Shown in pieces: positions 13,216 through 27,964 of a stretch of 64,000 nucleotides of DNA (positions are counted from its first letter, which is position 1; every line of letters begins with the position of its first letter). A program made the position numbers and the translations under genes. The notes under the pieces were generated by a model. That model was not told where the DNA came from, ran no database searches, and worked only from the letters and a program-made list of their open reading frames with translations. The stretch is from the NCBI RefSeq assembly GCF_006345805.1, contig NC_042999.1:147498001-147562000 (forward strand), in the 5' to 3' direction. The stretch comes from Octopus sinensis (taxonomy: Eukaryota).

Positions 13216-13690
13216 CAGGGTGCGATGGGTATATTATCGCCATTTTATATTTGTTATCTCGCGTATGCAGATTATTTGTTTTCGATTTTGTAGATTACAC
13301 AGTATAATAGGGTCAGTTAGTCATCGTCTTTGAGAAAAACAGCACCATGACGCAATTCGTTCTGCCAGAAATTTGGAAACGACATACTGTATTACTTGGC
13401 ATTAGCGCTGGAAGCTCCAATGCGAACATTTCAGAGAGTTTGGGTGTTAATTTGAGGATATGTACCGAGAGTGATAAAAATCAAACATGCAGTCAATACC
13501 ATGGTGCTTGGAGTGATCACTAGTGATGACGATTGTACCATCGTGCAATTCACTGCGGAAGCTCCAATACGAACACGTGGTGAACACACAGAGCAGCCGT
13601 TGCCTTGCCGTATCCCCAAAACATGAACCGAGAGGGATAAAAATCAAGCATCCAGTTAGCATCATGGTGTTTGGAGTGATCATTAGTGAT
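13216..13690 (+). mobile_element. Tc1/mariner (maT/rosa-like) remnant with deletions and an internal duplication
   Basis: CAGGG terminus; ATG at 13347 gives MTQFVLPEIWKRHTVLLG...LGVNLR (HTH-like). A KIKHPVSIMVFGVIISD-type motif occurs twice (~13475 and ~13640). Confidence 0.5.
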
Positions 13691-15659
13691 TCATCGTCTT
13701 CGAAAGGTAGACACGGCAAGTCGACCATGGAGAAACATGAACTCAGAACGTAAAGACGGAAGAAATGCAGCTAAGAAGATTGCTCGGCGCAGTATCGAAT
13801 CTTCCAGCCCGCTGCCTTGTAACAGTAGAATATCAAAACATTAATCGTTTAGTTTAACGATGAATTAAAAGTTATATGGTGTAGAAAATATAATTTCAGT
13901 AACAAATATTGGTCGCTGTATGATTTTGATGTTAATATGAATCTGAATGAAGGCGCCGAGCCTTGTCCCACAATTTGAAATTAATAGACTACTATTTCTT
14001 ACTCAGAACTAAACGAAATCTTCACTTTCCCGGATGGGAATATAATTCCTAGTATAATGTATATAGTTATATATTTATAACTTTTGTAAAGTGTCATTTT
14101 GTGATTCATTTTCTACTGAAAATAAATCACTTCCGAAAGTTTCTAATGTGTAAGTATATATGACATCTATAGATAATATTAGTATACAAACTCATAAAAC
14201 GTACATATGTGTGTTCGGCAATATATATAATTAGAATGGGTTTTTTTTTTCAGCTTCCATCAAAATCTACGTAATGCTTACATTCTTTCTTGCCAAAAGC
14301 AAGCGTTGAAAAGATAATTGAATACTAAGAAACAAAAGAATGACCTTTATCTCAGAGATGAAACACCTGCGTATTGTTTTGGCCTCCAGTTGATCGATTC
14401 CATGATTGCACAGAAAAATATCATTCTCCATGCACGCACAACGTTGACAGAGATTCACGCAATTCGTAGATATATGCATTCACATACGCAAAAAGATACA
14501 TATCTAGATGTAATTGTACTTAGTCGTGTCTTCCGACACAAAGATATGGAACAGACACTCACTCTACTTTACACATTATCATACAACCATCTATACATCT
14601 GCATCTACATTTACATGTCAGCACAAAAAAAATACAGGTACCAAAAGGTATATATATGTGAACTTTCTTCTGTGTGTGTGTTTTCCCGTCTGCATGTATA
14701 TACATATGAATATATATATATGCATACATGCACATGAATGTGTATTTATATATGCCCTGCCTATCACTCACTATCTCTCTCTCCCAGTATATATACATAT
14801 ATACACACAGATACACACACATATATGTATGTATATGTATATATATACATGTATATGTATATATATATATATTATTATATATATATATATATATACATAT
14901 TTATATGTATGTATGTGCATTTATATATGTATATGCATATAGATATATATATATACATACTTAAATATATATGTGTGCGTCTATACCTATGGACAGAGTC
15001 ACACATGCACAAGCATGCATACATGCATATATACACGCACATACATACACATACATATATATATTCGTGCATGCATACGTACATACGTACGTACAAACAA
15101 AGATATGCGAATTTTAAACATTTGTAGCTGTTAATATACGCAATTTCGAATATGCACATTGCATATCATGGACATATCTGATGATATACACTTACAAATA
15201 TCTACAAAAGCACAGAAAAGCAAACACCTATAGCGTTATCATAAGTCAACGGGTGGTAATATGAAATTTTGTGCACATTTCTACATAAATAAAATTTTAT
15301 ACTACCATAGAAACGTATACTTCCAGAACAAGAAGCTACAGCAAATCTGGATGAAAGACATAGTAAGTTTTGTGTATGAAAAATCATTATATAAACTTAG
15401 AAAAGATATGCCAGTATGTGCAGAAGATTTGTGCATGGTGAGTATATGTTGATGATTAATCGAAGATTTTGTTGTGAAAATTCCGAAATCTCTCCGCGTA
15501 AAAGTTTTTAATCGTTGTAAGATCATGACTATTTTTATAAGCGTATATGAATGTTATATATTTACATATGTTTGTATCTCTGTGTGTGAATATACACCTT
15601 TATGTTCATACATACATACATACATACATATATACTCGTATATATACTCGTATATGTAT

Positions 15660-16030
15660 ATAGTGAGAATTTACAAAAACACAAAAGATGAAGACGGGTG
15701 TGTAAACAACAAACAGATGTATTAATTTAACGCTCGGGAAGTGAGATAGTCTTTTACGTTTCGAGCCTACGCTCTTCAACAGAAAGGAACACAGAAATAA
15801 ACAGAGAGACAAAATAGAAAAAAGATTTAGTAGCTAGCGATCTATCATGGCTAATGCCGGACAGAGGGCTCGCACAGGGGAGCTAGGAAGAAGGGGAGAT
15901 AATAAAGTAGAGGTGATCCGAAAACGAAGGTGCGTGTGCGTGAGGAAGGGTGCTAGTGACATTGACATGTGTGTTTGTGTGCATTTGTAGGTGTATGGAT
16001 GATGGTGTAGGTGCTGGAAAGTGGTCAGGA
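15660..16030 (-). mobile_element. Repeat family P1 copy
   Basis: Homologous to 10100-10490. Confidence 0.7.
15751..15786 (-). ncRNA. Minimal type I hammerhead-like motif with CUGUUGA core
   Basis: Minus strand: CTTT-CTGTTGA-A-GAGC(GTAG)GCTC-GAAA-CG-TA-AAAG. Stems I and II pair perfectly, and stem III is the palindrome ACGT. Confidence 0.55.
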
Positions 16031-16036
16031 TAGTTC

Positions 16037-16997
16037 ACTAAGTCTCATAACTTCAAACCATAAGTTATAATGTCAATAAAATATGAAATGTTAGTTAGCA
16101 TCACCTTTTACTAAATACCTTCTGTTCATTTTCTAATATAATGGATAAAACACAAACCATCGTGCATACACCTTCATATTCACGAAACAAATTTCCGCTT
16201 GCGAGAGCGTCTGGAGACTTTCGTGTCTACATAGTTTCTTTGAATACTCCAACAGTAGTCTGCCGTCATGTGTGTGTTCCATCAGCCTTGATATCTCACC
16301 TCCATTATCTTGGTTGGTTGATGAAAACGCTCGCCATGCTTATCGCTCATGTCACCGAGACTAGCAAGAAATTCATCGAGATGGCTATTGAGAAAATGAA
16401 GCTTTATTCTCATGTTGCAGCCTAAAAGATGAAAGCTATCAACTAATGTCTCGACCAAATCCTTGTAGTTTTCAGCCTTTTCGCTCCCCCAACATACTTT
16501 CACAACTGTCACAAATAAATCTCATGCTCTTTTTTCTATGTCAGCCATCGAGCTCAAGAAATTCTGGCATTTCATTAACTTTCTGATTTGTGATCCATCA
16601 AAATGCCAGCCGTTATTTAATCATAACTAAGGCCAGGAAATGTTATTCATATAAATTTGAAACAGTTACCTTCCACATTAAGAGCTTTGACAAATTACTT
16701 CATTGGTCCTAGTTTAATATGAAGGGGTGGAAAGATGATTTTCGCTCGCTCAACAATTAATATATAACAATTAACATATAATTTAGAGACAAGTAACACG
16801 TGTCTCATCATTATAAGATGAGACACGTGTTACTGATCACGGTTACTGATGCGGATTCGCCTATCAAATTATTTTACTTGCTAAAACCTAGGTATGACCG
16901 TGAAAAATAACAAGGTAAAAGTTTTTATTTTTCATTGCCTTCAAAAAATTGCTCTTAAAATGTGATTTTGGTCATTTTGACTGCCTCTTCTAGCGTG
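16037..16997 (-). mobile_element. Chapaev3-like (CMC superfamily) DNA transposon remnant, internally deleted
   Basis: Minus-strand KIIFPPLHIKLGPMK*FVKAL and LGCNMRIKLHFLNSHLDEF..LGDMSDKHGERFHQ...MEVRYQG. Putative CAC...GTG ends. Confidence 0.75.
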
Positions 16998-17164
16998 TAA
17001 ATATTACCTATTAATGGTATTTTCTCTTGTGTTTAAACGTACACTATTTTATATTGAGAAAGTGTTGTCTATTGACATTTAATGCATGCTAGGCCACTGG
17101 AGGGGAAATTTCTAAAAATATTCACCACCCTATATAATTTTACGAATTATATATATATATTGAT

Positions 17165-17607
17165 GCAGGCCTGGCTGTGTCTTAAGAAGTTTGTTTCCCA
17201 ACCACATGGTTCTACGTTCAGTCTCACTAAGTGGCACTCCGAACAAGTGTCTTCTATAGCCTCGAGCCGACAAAAGTCTTGTGAACTGATTTGTAAGACA
17301 GAAACTGAAAGAAACCTGTCGTATATATATGTATATATATATATATATATATACGTGTGTGTGTGTGTATGAGCGTGCGCACGCGCCTGTGTCCTTCTAT
17401 CCGCGTTTTTCTCCCCACCACCGCTTGACAACCAGTGTTGGTGCATTTACGTTCACGTAACTTAGCGGTTCGGCAAAAGATTTCAAGAAAATAGTACCGG
17501 ACTTTAGAAAATGTACTTCAGTCGATATGTTGGAATAAAATTTCCTTCAAGGCAGTGCCCCAGCATGGTCGCAGTCTAATGACTGAAACACCAAAAAGAT
17601 AAAAGAT
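17165..17607 (+). mobile_element. tRNA-derived SINE family B, near full length with an internal microsatellite
   Basis: Head, body and tail shared with the copies at 12134, 31947 and 42572. Confidence 0.75.
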
Positions 17608-19539
17608 ATTACCATCAATGATCATACAGCTAATTTAATTATAAGTATGTCTGTCAGACTCTCTTAGCTAAACATATTCTGAACTGTGTAGAATCATTAC
17701 ATATAAATTAGATAAAATCAATAACAAAATTCACTAAATCACCAGATTATCAATTCTGAACAACAATACACCTGTAATTTGCAGCTTTGTTAACATGTAA
17801 ACATAAACAAGAATACAGTTTTACACAATTATATATAATTGACACCTAATCTTCTCTCTGTAAATGCCTATCATTAGCAGTATCATACTTGGCAAAACGT
17901 CATACGCAGAAAACAAATTATAAGTAATACAATTTAGGAAATGAAACTTCTTAACAACAGTTTATAAATTCAAAATGACACAGATTCCTCCGATTTAAGC
18001 ATGGAAACCAAAATTTCCATTGAAATTTCGAATCTACTTGGAATGTATAAATTTTAGTTGTATTCAGGAAAGACGTAAGCAAGATATTGAACATTTATCT
18101 CTGAAAAATAGGCTCAGAATATTCAAGTATCTTAAACACAATATTTAACCTTGAATATGCAAAATTCAAAGTCATGTTAAGCCAAACGTTTCTGTAATAC
18201 TACACCAAACTATTGAAGCTATATAGAATTAATGTCTTTATACACAACTTTGCGAAATATTTGATTAAATACAATAACCATACACTTAGCGCAGTAACGT
18301 GATCTCCAGGTACAAAAATATGCTACACAAAGGGAGGACACTCTGGTGATTTTCTACTTACGGACAGAAAGGTTACTTTTCAAGTAAAGTTTCTTGAATT
18401 CATTATGTGTTAGATCAGCCCTTGTATGCAAAATTTAAGACATTCCAAGTAAAAACGAATATTACATAAATTCAATAACTTGGTTTAATTCCGACCTCTT
18501 TAAGATAGCTGTTTTTGGGGGGGGGACAACACTATAGAATGGTTAATGTCCTGTCATTTTTAATACATTCTTATAGAAACATGAGATGATTCTTTTCTTT
18601 CTTTCTTAGTTGTAGTAAACACACACCGAAACTATAAATTCATACAAACGTATATTCGCACAAACCTATACTCTGCGATGTATCATCGCCATCCACCTCA
18701 CCAGAAATATATTGCGACAAATAAGAATACAGAAACATCTCCATCAAAGCATTGTTTTGAAATTTTTACTTTCTTTTTCTTTCTTTATTTCTATAATATT
18801 TCATAACTTAATTTGCAATAGCATCACAATAACCAAGGTGTATATTATGATCTTCATTGTCAAAACAATGACACAGAGAGACAAATTAGCGATTTTTTAT
18901 TAAATTTCCTTCTAAAAATTTGTTGTTTATGAAGAATCACACACGATAAAATTACAATAATTTTCTAATAAATCCACCTGCTTAATAACCATACAATTCC
19001 TCTGTCAGGTACAGACAGTTGCATAAGATTATGTCACTAGATACAGAGATGGATAGACAAGTATTTACATAATAATCGAAAAGAAACTCCCACAAATATA
19101 GCAGTTAAAATGAACACTCGTCTTATAGAGTAAATTTATCATAAACGACGGTGTTTATAAGCCATTTAAAAACACACAAAAAAAACAAATTTATATTCAC
19201 TTCAACATTTAAGTTCAATTTGTCAAAATATTTTCGTCGCTTTGAAACTCTGACCTGTTCATTGAGGCTGCAATTGTTTTTGTTTCAGCATACGATCTCA
19301 GATCAGGTCGCTTGTTATGCAAGTACATCTCCGAAGCACAATAATATTTCCTGTAATTCGTAAATTTCAAACAATTTGCATTTATATGCATATCTACATA
19401 CAGTCACATACGAGAGATTCATTCCATAAGTTTTTAAACTTTAGGAGAGGAAATGCACACGCAGCCGCACAAACACACATACATATGCAGACACGCATAC
19501 ACGCACAAATATATATGTACATATATAGATATATATATA

Positions 19540-19577
<38 letters not shown>

Positions 19578-19614
19578 TATAGATATATATATATTATATA
19601 TATATATGTATATC

Positions 19615-19695
<81 letters not shown>

Positions 19696-20249
19696 TGTGT
19701 GTGCTTGTATTTATATATGTACGCATACAATTATACATGTATGTATATATGTGAAAAACTCGCAATATTCGGCGCTTGCGGGCTTCAGCAATGCCTTTTA
19801 TACACATATATACTTACAAGATTTCAATATGCCATAGATGTTTCGTGATTTATCACAAAACCCGTGCACCAGTTTTTTTTGTATATCATCACGTTGAATG
19901 AAGTTATTTTATTGACAACTATTTAGCATTATTGGTTTTATGAGAAAAAAGAAAGACCGTCCTTTGTTGGTGAAACAAGTTAATTCTAATAAAATGCAGA
20001 TTTTTTGAAGTTTATAAAGAATAAGAGAGAATGAAGACTTAGTTCTGGAACTCTATTTAATTAAATTTTGTTGTTCATTCATGTCGCGACGCTAGTATCA
20101 TAAATATTTTGTGCTATGTCATTTGCTAATTTAGAAAATTTTTTAAAAAGCCAAGAATTTAATATATAAGACGAATGATTTATTTAATGTTTGACTGTTA
20201 TGCAACTTTTTTAACGGAACGCTAAAAGTGTTTACCAAAGTTAATTTCG

Positions 20250-20535
20250 AAATTTTGACACAAGGCCAGCAATTTCAGGGAAGGGAGTAAGGCGATTACA
20301 TCGCCCCCAGTGTCCAATCGGTAATCATTTTATCGACTCTGAAAGGATGAGAGGTAAAGTCAACCTCCGTGAAACGCAATGACTCCATGTAATTAACTGG
20401 TACTTATTATATCGACACTGAAATGCTGAAAGTCAGAGTCGACCTTGGTGGAATCTGAACTCAGAACATAAAGATAGACGAAATGCCGCTAACTGTTTCG
20501 CTCGGAATGCTAAAGACTCTGCCAGTTCACAACCT
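20250..20535 (-). mobile_element. SINE family A, diverged, with an internal duplication
   Basis: Reverse-complement similarity to family A. Confidence 0.6.
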
Positions 20536-23279
20536 TACAGCTTTACTAATATTAATAAATGTTAGAATCTCAACATTACTAAAGAGTGACCCAAAGACGA
20601 TTCACACAAAACACACGGACGTGCGCACACTCTCTCACACACACACGCATGCACTCACACATTCAAACACAAGCACACAAATCCAGACAGACTCAAGCAT
20701 ACAGCGCACACATAGCATTTACTATTACTTCATAAGCTTATATTAGTGAATTTCCTTTCAAAAAATATGATACCGTTCTATAGTGTGTGCATGGATTTAA
20801 TTTGTGCGAAGACAACGGAATGGTCGTATTTGGACGAAATACATTTGTCCAAGTGACTAGATTTGATATAGTTGATCACTATCATATGTTACTGTATACC
20901 TTGACTTGCAGTAGATGAGAAAGGCAAAACAAACAGAAAAAAAATGTTTGATGGAAAGCAAGCATGTGTCAACCTGGGACGTAGGCTTTCTCAACACCTG
21001 CTGTAAGAAACATTTTATCGTTCTCACATCTATACAAAGCGTGTAGATACTCAGAGAGCAATCAACCGAAGGCATTTCTCGAAATCGAGGCGTAGCCATC
21101 ATGTGCATACATATATAAGTGTGTAGGTACGTGCATACGTACGTCTGAGAGAAATTTCTACATCTCATGCTTTGAATAAGATTAACAACAACATTAAGAG
21201 TAACATGTCCCTTACAATATTACCACATGACCCATTTGTATTTATCATACTTAAGTAAATCTAATACAACTTTTATGTGACCATAAAATACCAGGGATGA
21301 AAAAATAAAAATTCGAGAATGTTAATAAAACAACTTTAACATTATCAAACTGAACAACGGGGCAAAATATTACTGAATATAAGCGTTTCATAAAGTTTTA
21401 AATGCGTAAGTTCAATACGTGAGTAACCTAAACACATACCTAAGTAATCTGATTTAAACGGAACTAGATTGCAGCTTCATAAGTCGGAGAAAAAATTATT
21501 AGGGGAATACAGCTGACACAGACAACGGAATAAACCACAATTTACCCCAGTAGATTTAATAAAATTTAGTATTCGAAATTCTGAGAATCTTACCGAGTAG
21601 AGGCCGTATCAAAGTGGTCAGAAAGGTACAACTCGCATTACTATGGGATGGAATAGCTGTGATTATATTTTCCATGAAATGTCACATATTAGAAATCCAA
21701 CACGGTCGTATATATGCATAAGTTTTCTCAGGCAACCTGAGTAGCGCTGTAAATGATTTTCAAAGGTGTGTTATTCTACTATTTGCTTCAAAATGTACTG
21801 TTAATGAATGCACTCTGTTGATGAGATCTGTCACAAAAGTGTCATAAAATATTTAAAACAAGGACATAGAGGTAGTCATCTTAGATTAGGTGTGAAAAAC
21901 ATAATAGAACGTGCGAACGTATAATAATCCACGTTTAGCTCGAAGTCATTTCCTTCAAAAATCAATGGGAAAATGTTATCACGTTAGCAAATAGCGGAAC
22001 CCATTTATTCACTGTACCAATCAAATATTTTGTGTTGCGATTACTTTTACAGTATGGTAGGGCATTATACTCGGAATTCAATGGCGACTGTATTCCGATT
22101 GGTTGTATGTTTGGTTGCTAATGATTACGAAACTTTGTAATACCCACTTTATTCCAAAATTAGAAAAAAAAAGTCAGTTTGAGAGAACAGACAGCAGATG
22201 AATTCATCATTGAAGTTGATTAATTCAATATCTTTGAAATATAAAATAGGTAATAATCCATCTCGTATTCAATATTGTCTTTTTATGAGACATCTAACTT
22301 TATCTATTTGATAAGAAGAAAAGGGTTGGTTCCGATAGAAGTCTTGGTATTTGCATGTGAGTCTGTTTTGCTTTTATTCAAGTTAAAGTGTTGTCTCTTT
22401 ATTTCTTATTTCATTGTGGACGTTTTCTATTGTATTTATTGATAAGATAATTACAATCATTGTCGTCCGCTAACAGTTATTATATTCTCAATGATTTGTC
22501 AGTATAGCTTTAACTGAATGGACAAATACAGAGAAAAGAGTCAAATTACAGACATTTTAATTCTAAGTGGAATTTCACTGCGCCTTCCATGATCTAAACC
22601 TCGATTACTCGGTTTTATATACACGAAAATTGCGATATTATCGCTACAGAATTACATTTTCAAATTTACGAATGAACTGTAATCAATGTAGGGTTAAAAG
22701 GCAAACTGACAGATTCATTAGTCTGACATATTGAATGACTTTCCATATATGCTACAGATCTCTGCGTTCTGAATTCAAACCCTAGCAGGTCAACTTTGTC
22801 TTCTATATCTTAAAGATTGTTGAATAAAGTAATAATCAAATAATGGAATTGAATTACATACAGTGACAAGGAAATTATATGGAGTGAGATGATAACTCCC
22901 TACTTTTATAGTATTTCATTTGTGCTCAACACATCGGACAATGCGGAAACCTTTTATATAGACAGGTTTATATTTAAGCTTATATATTTATTGTTCAGGA
23001 GAAAACGATATGACGAAATAAGCGATAATAAAATGGGAAAATGAATATATTAAGAAAAATGTAGAATAAAACCTACAGAAGAGACAAAATATGTTAAAAA
23101 TACGAACACTGTAGAAGATATACAAATAGAATAAAAACATTTAGACACCTAGTTTAGATTAAATATTTACCACATGTAGTGGCTATGTGTGTATAGTTAT
23201 AACTACACGCAACCATTTATATACACGAGTTTTTCCTTTGACTACATACTCGTATACACACATTTAACGTTCACTTTCC

Positions 23280-24515
23280 TTGCTGGCATGTATTTGACTG
23301 GAACTGGTAAGCCAGAGGGCTGCACCAGGTTCCAGTCTCACTTGGCATTGTTTCTACGGCTAGAAGCCCTTCTTAACAACAACCACTCTGCGCACTTTTT
23401 ACATGCTACCGGCACGGGTGCCATTTACATGACACAGGCAGCGGCCACGACTACGATTTCACTGGGATCATGACAATAGCAACGGCTACGACTACGGCTT
23501 CACTTTACTTGATGAGTCCTTTCAAGCAGAGCATATCGCCAAAGGTGTCGGTCACTTGTCATAACTTCCGTTAAGTCTAACATTCGAAGATCATGCTTCA
23601 CAACCTCGTCCTATGTCTTCAACAGATTCCATTCACAGTTAGAAATCAGCACTTCTTTACACAGCCGTCTCCGTCCATACGTATCACATGACCATGCCAG
23701 CGCATTCGTCTCTCTTGCAAGCCACATCTGATGCCTCTTATGCCGTTTCACTCTCAAGATATCTATGCTCTGTCGTACATACACAATGACATTGCACGTC
23801 CTGCTAAGCATACTAGCTTCATTTCTTCATTTCTGTGCCTTGGAACAGTTCTGTTCGTACACAGTCTGCCTTTTACTCTGATGGAGTAGTTCTCTGTTAC
23901 CAACTGAGATAGAATCTCTCTGAACTTTGCCCAGTCTATTCATATTCTAGCAGCTACTCTCTCATGCATTCACCTCTACAGCTGACTTGGTCAGTGAGAT
24001 AACGGAATCTATGAACTACTTCTAGGTATCCCACCTGGCATTTCATGGAGTCTATTTTCTGCACATTTCTAGTGTTTAGTTTACTTGTACATCTTCTACA
24101 CACAAATACTATTTCCCCTGTTAACCATCGTCTGACATTGTTGCATCTCTTATGTGCCCATAGCTTGCACCAGATACATCTTATGGAGTTTATACCTACA
24201 CATTTTCTACAAATCGAGCAGGGCCATCTACCTGAAGGGATTTGTTATTTGTCCGCTTTCGAACTTACTAAGACTTTTTTGGGCTAGATTAACTGTAAGG
24301 CCCTTTGATTCTAGATCTTGCTTCCACGCCTGAAACCTTTTCTCTAATTCTGGAAGTGTTTCGGCTACGAGAACAAAGTATTCACCATAGAGGAGCTCCT
24401 AAGAGCAGCCCGTCTTAAATTACTCTGTTATTGAATGCAGGAGTATAACGAAGAAGCGGGGTCTGCGGATTGATCTTTGGTGAACGCCTACTTGTAGCTT
24501 GAATTCATCTGTATC
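23280..24515 (-). mobile_element. Decayed RTE-clade LINE, 3' part
   Basis: Minus-strand VHQRS (QGS motif), ELLYGEY (YADD remnant), QERRMRWHGHVIRMD and DRHLWR are typical of the RTE RT and C-terminus. Confidence 0.8.
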
Positions 24516-24975
24516 CTACATATATACACAATGGCTGTCTATTCGTTAGACCATCATGACCATCGCTGACAAATGTGTCAGCAAAGATCGAGCTAAGATT
24601 TAAAGTCGAGTGTGGCTTGCACGACACCACAAAGCCTCTCACTAGCAATACCAAGAAACACAAAGTCAAGAAATTTACAATATATCCAGTTGAGAGAACT
24701 TAGGGTTTTACATACGGTTTACCTTTCTCCTTGAGGAATGCTTGGCAGAAACCAAGAGCCTTCTATCTCCTGTGAGCTTACTGCAATTTCAGAATCATCC
24801 CAGGTATTTCTACGTGCCTCCCCTTATCAATCCGGAGTACATATATTCATGTATTCATAAATGCACATAAGTGGATTACCGTTGGTACTCTTGATTTTCT
24901 TCGTCCTTTGACGAATTTTGTTCTTTATCTTGCAGACTATCCAATAATCCCCTTCCCCATCAAAAAAGCTCCATA

Positions 24976-25012
<37 letters not shown>

Positions 25013-25482
25013 CAGGTCGCTCTCGAAGGAAACTAACACATAACTCAATACAACTAAGCAGAATCTGAACCGGTAAACCCGCCAAGGATATTTGGCGAGG
25101 AGGGTGATTTGAACTGCCTGCCGAACGAAATACAAGCTCGTGAGAAGGCGAAGAAAATCAAACGGTTCAACAGTTATCCACAAATGTGTGTATATGTATG
25201 CATGTAAATATATACAAGATATATACCTATATATAAGATATATACGCATCTATGTATAAATGTAGCAGGTAGGTAGGTAGCAGGTTGGCTGACAGGTAGG
25301 TAGGAATATGGCTGTTCGTGTGTATTAATGCATGCACATAGGTTTAAAGTAATAAACAACGCATAATACAAGACAGCCCAACTACTTTTTAACATTGGAT
25401 TCTATCTATCACAAGAGGGCGTCCTAAATCATTAGGTTTTCAGAGGAAGGACATATACAGAGCAGTAGCTATTATATATTAT

Positions 25483-25880
25483 GGCTGCGAGCTGACAGAA
25501 ACGTTAGCACGCCGGGCGAAATGCTTAGTGGCATTTCGTGTGCCGCTACGATCTGAGTTCAAATTCCACCGATGTCAACATTGCCTTTCATCTTTTCGGG
25601 GTTGATTAAATAAGTACCAGTTACACACTGGCGTCGATATAATCGACATAATCATTTTGCCTGTTCTTGTTTGTCCTCTCTGTGTTTAGCCCCTTGTGGG
25701 TAGTAAAGAAATAGGTATTTCGCCTGTCGTTACGTTCTGAGTTCAAATTCCGCCGAGGTCGACTTTGCCTTTCATCCATTTGGGGTCAATTAAATAAGTA
25801 CCAGACTTAATTCCTTTGTCTGTCCTTGTTTTGTTTGTACCCTCTATGTTTAGTCCCTTGTGACAATAAAGAAAAAAAAA
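25483..25880 (+). mobile_element. SINE family A, tandem 1.6-mer with poly(A)
   Basis: A full copy followed by a repeated body starting at ~25715. Confidence 0.85.
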
Positions 25881-26536
25881 AACTATTATAGAGAAAAAAT
25901 CCATACAGCGAAGAATTAGCGAAGAAAATATTTTATATACAGATCTGGAAGGATTGTGTCACTCACCGTTTAGGAAAACTCTGTTACCAGTTGGCTTTTG
26001 AAGATAAGCAGTTCGCTAAAACCTCTTGCTACTGTATACGCAAATCGGTTAGCAATGTATTAATATTAACTAGCAATACATCGATCGGAAAAAATTATTC
26101 ATGAAGATATTTTGGATATAGAACAATCAGCTTTGAAAGTATAAATTCTTCGTGAGAACTTAAATGGTTCGTATATTTTCAAGTGGTGTATATATGTAGA
26201 GCAAATAATGAATACAGACACACTTGCAAAATTCGTGTTAAATTATTTCAATTCCTGGAAGTAACTAAATCAAAATAAATTATCTTACCTAAAATATCTA
26301 CCAACTTATCTCACTGTCTGTCACCAAATTCTCGTTTACTCTTTCGTTCTGAAAACTTACGTACCTACATACATACACACATATACACATGCATACATAC
26401 ATTTATACATACATACTTATATACACATGCACACTAGCACACGCACAACACACACATATAATGTATACATTAATGCCTGTTTTTATATCTAGCTGTGATT
26501 TTTAAAATGAAACTGATGAAATATATATATATATAT

Positions 26537-27898
26537 ATACTTTCTTGAGTTGAATTGAGCAAACACTATATGAGAGAGGTTTTCTTTAAGTGTTAGAAAT
26601 AGTTTTATAAAAAGTTTTTTTAGCTGCTATTTCTAACGAGTTCAGTATGCGGCAAAGTAATTTATTTTACTAAGCCCTTTTATATAATGTAATAATTTGA
26701 ATTTGCCTTAAATGGTCCCTTTGCATACTGAATACTTGGTGAAATTGATTAATTAATTAATTATTTTACCCTCAATTGTTGAAATTATAATTCATCTCTC
26801 TCTACTTAATTGTCTCGGATTTTACCGAAAAAAGCATAGTGTTTGCTGATTTTAAACCCACGCTGGTGGAAAGGGGAGAGCAGAAATTTTTCTCTTGCAT
26901 ATTTGAGTTTGTTGGCACTGTTTTTGGACAGATCTTCAGAAGCGATAACAAGCCGAAAGGGTATGCTCCCATTTTCAGTGTTTTCAAATTCAAACAAGGG
27001 CATTCTGAGCTGATGAAGAAGGGTCGATTTTGACTAATCTTGAAAGTACGTACTCAAATAACCTTTGCATTTGATTTTTTAATGTCTCTACCCTCATACT
27101 TTCTTGAGTTGAATTGAGCAAACACTATATGAGAGAGGTTTTCTTTAAGTGTTAGAAATAGTTTTATAAAAAGTTTTTTTAGCTGCTATTTCTAACGAGT
27201 TCAGTATGCGGCAAAGTAATTTATTTTACTAAGCCCTTTTATATAATGTAATAATTTGAATTTGCCTTAAATGGTCCCTTTGCATACTGAATACTTGGTG
27301 AAATTGATTAATTAATTAATTATTTTACCCTCAATTGTTGAAATTATAATTCATCTCTCTCTACTTAATTGTCTCGGATTTTACCGAAAAAAGCATAGTG
27401 TTTGCTGATTTTAAACCCACGCTGGTGGAAAGGGGAGAGCAGAAATTTTTCTCTTGCATATTTGAGTTTGTTGGCACTGTTTTTGGACAGATCTTCAGAA
27501 GCGATAACAAGCCGAAAGGGTATGCTCCCATTTTCAGTGTTTTCAAATTCAAACAAGGGCATTCTGAGCTGATGAAGAAGGGTCGATTTTGACTAATCTT
27601 GAAAGTACGTACTCAAATAACCTTTGCATTTGATTTTTTAATGTCTCTACCCTCATACTTTCTTGAGTTGAATTGAGCAAACACTATATGAGAGAGGTTT
27701 TCTTTAAGTGTTAGAAATAGTTTTATAAAAAGTTTGTTTTAGCTGCTATTTCTAACGAGTTCAGTATGCGGCAAAGTAATTTATTTTACTAAGCCCTTTT
27801 ATATAATGTAATAATTTGAATTTGCCTTAAATGTCCCTTTGCATACTGAATACTTGGTGAAATTGATTATTAATAATTAATTTTACCCTCAATTGTTG

Positions 27899-27906
<8 letters not shown>
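26537..27906 (+). repeat. 559-bp tandem repeat (2.45 copies) between (TA)n tracts, with an HHR-like motif in each full unit
   Basis: Units start at 26537, 27096 and 27655 and are near-identical. HHR-like motifs at 27006-27056 and 27565-27615. Confidence 0.95.
27006..27056 (+). ncRNA. Degenerate minimal type I hammerhead (repeated at 27565-27615)
   Basis: TGAG-CTGATGA-[AGAAGGGTC GATTTT GACTAATCTT]-GAAA-GTACG-TA-CTCA; stem I is TGAG/CTCA. Confidence 0.55.
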
Positions 27907-27944
<38 letters not shown>

Positions 27945-27964
27945 ACAGAGAGAGAGAGAGAAGG

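Noticed and set aside
21288-21740. Possible ancient mariner on the minus strand (YSPNNFFSD)
   Set aside because: Only a single degenerate motif, too decayed to support.
25963-26350. Minus-strand micro-exon candidates with GTGAGT/GTAAG donors
   Set aside because: Weak acceptors, stops in most frames and no recognisable peptide.
26802-27592. Duplicated 63-65-aa ORFs
   Set aside because: By-products of the 559-bp tandem, with no recognisable domain.
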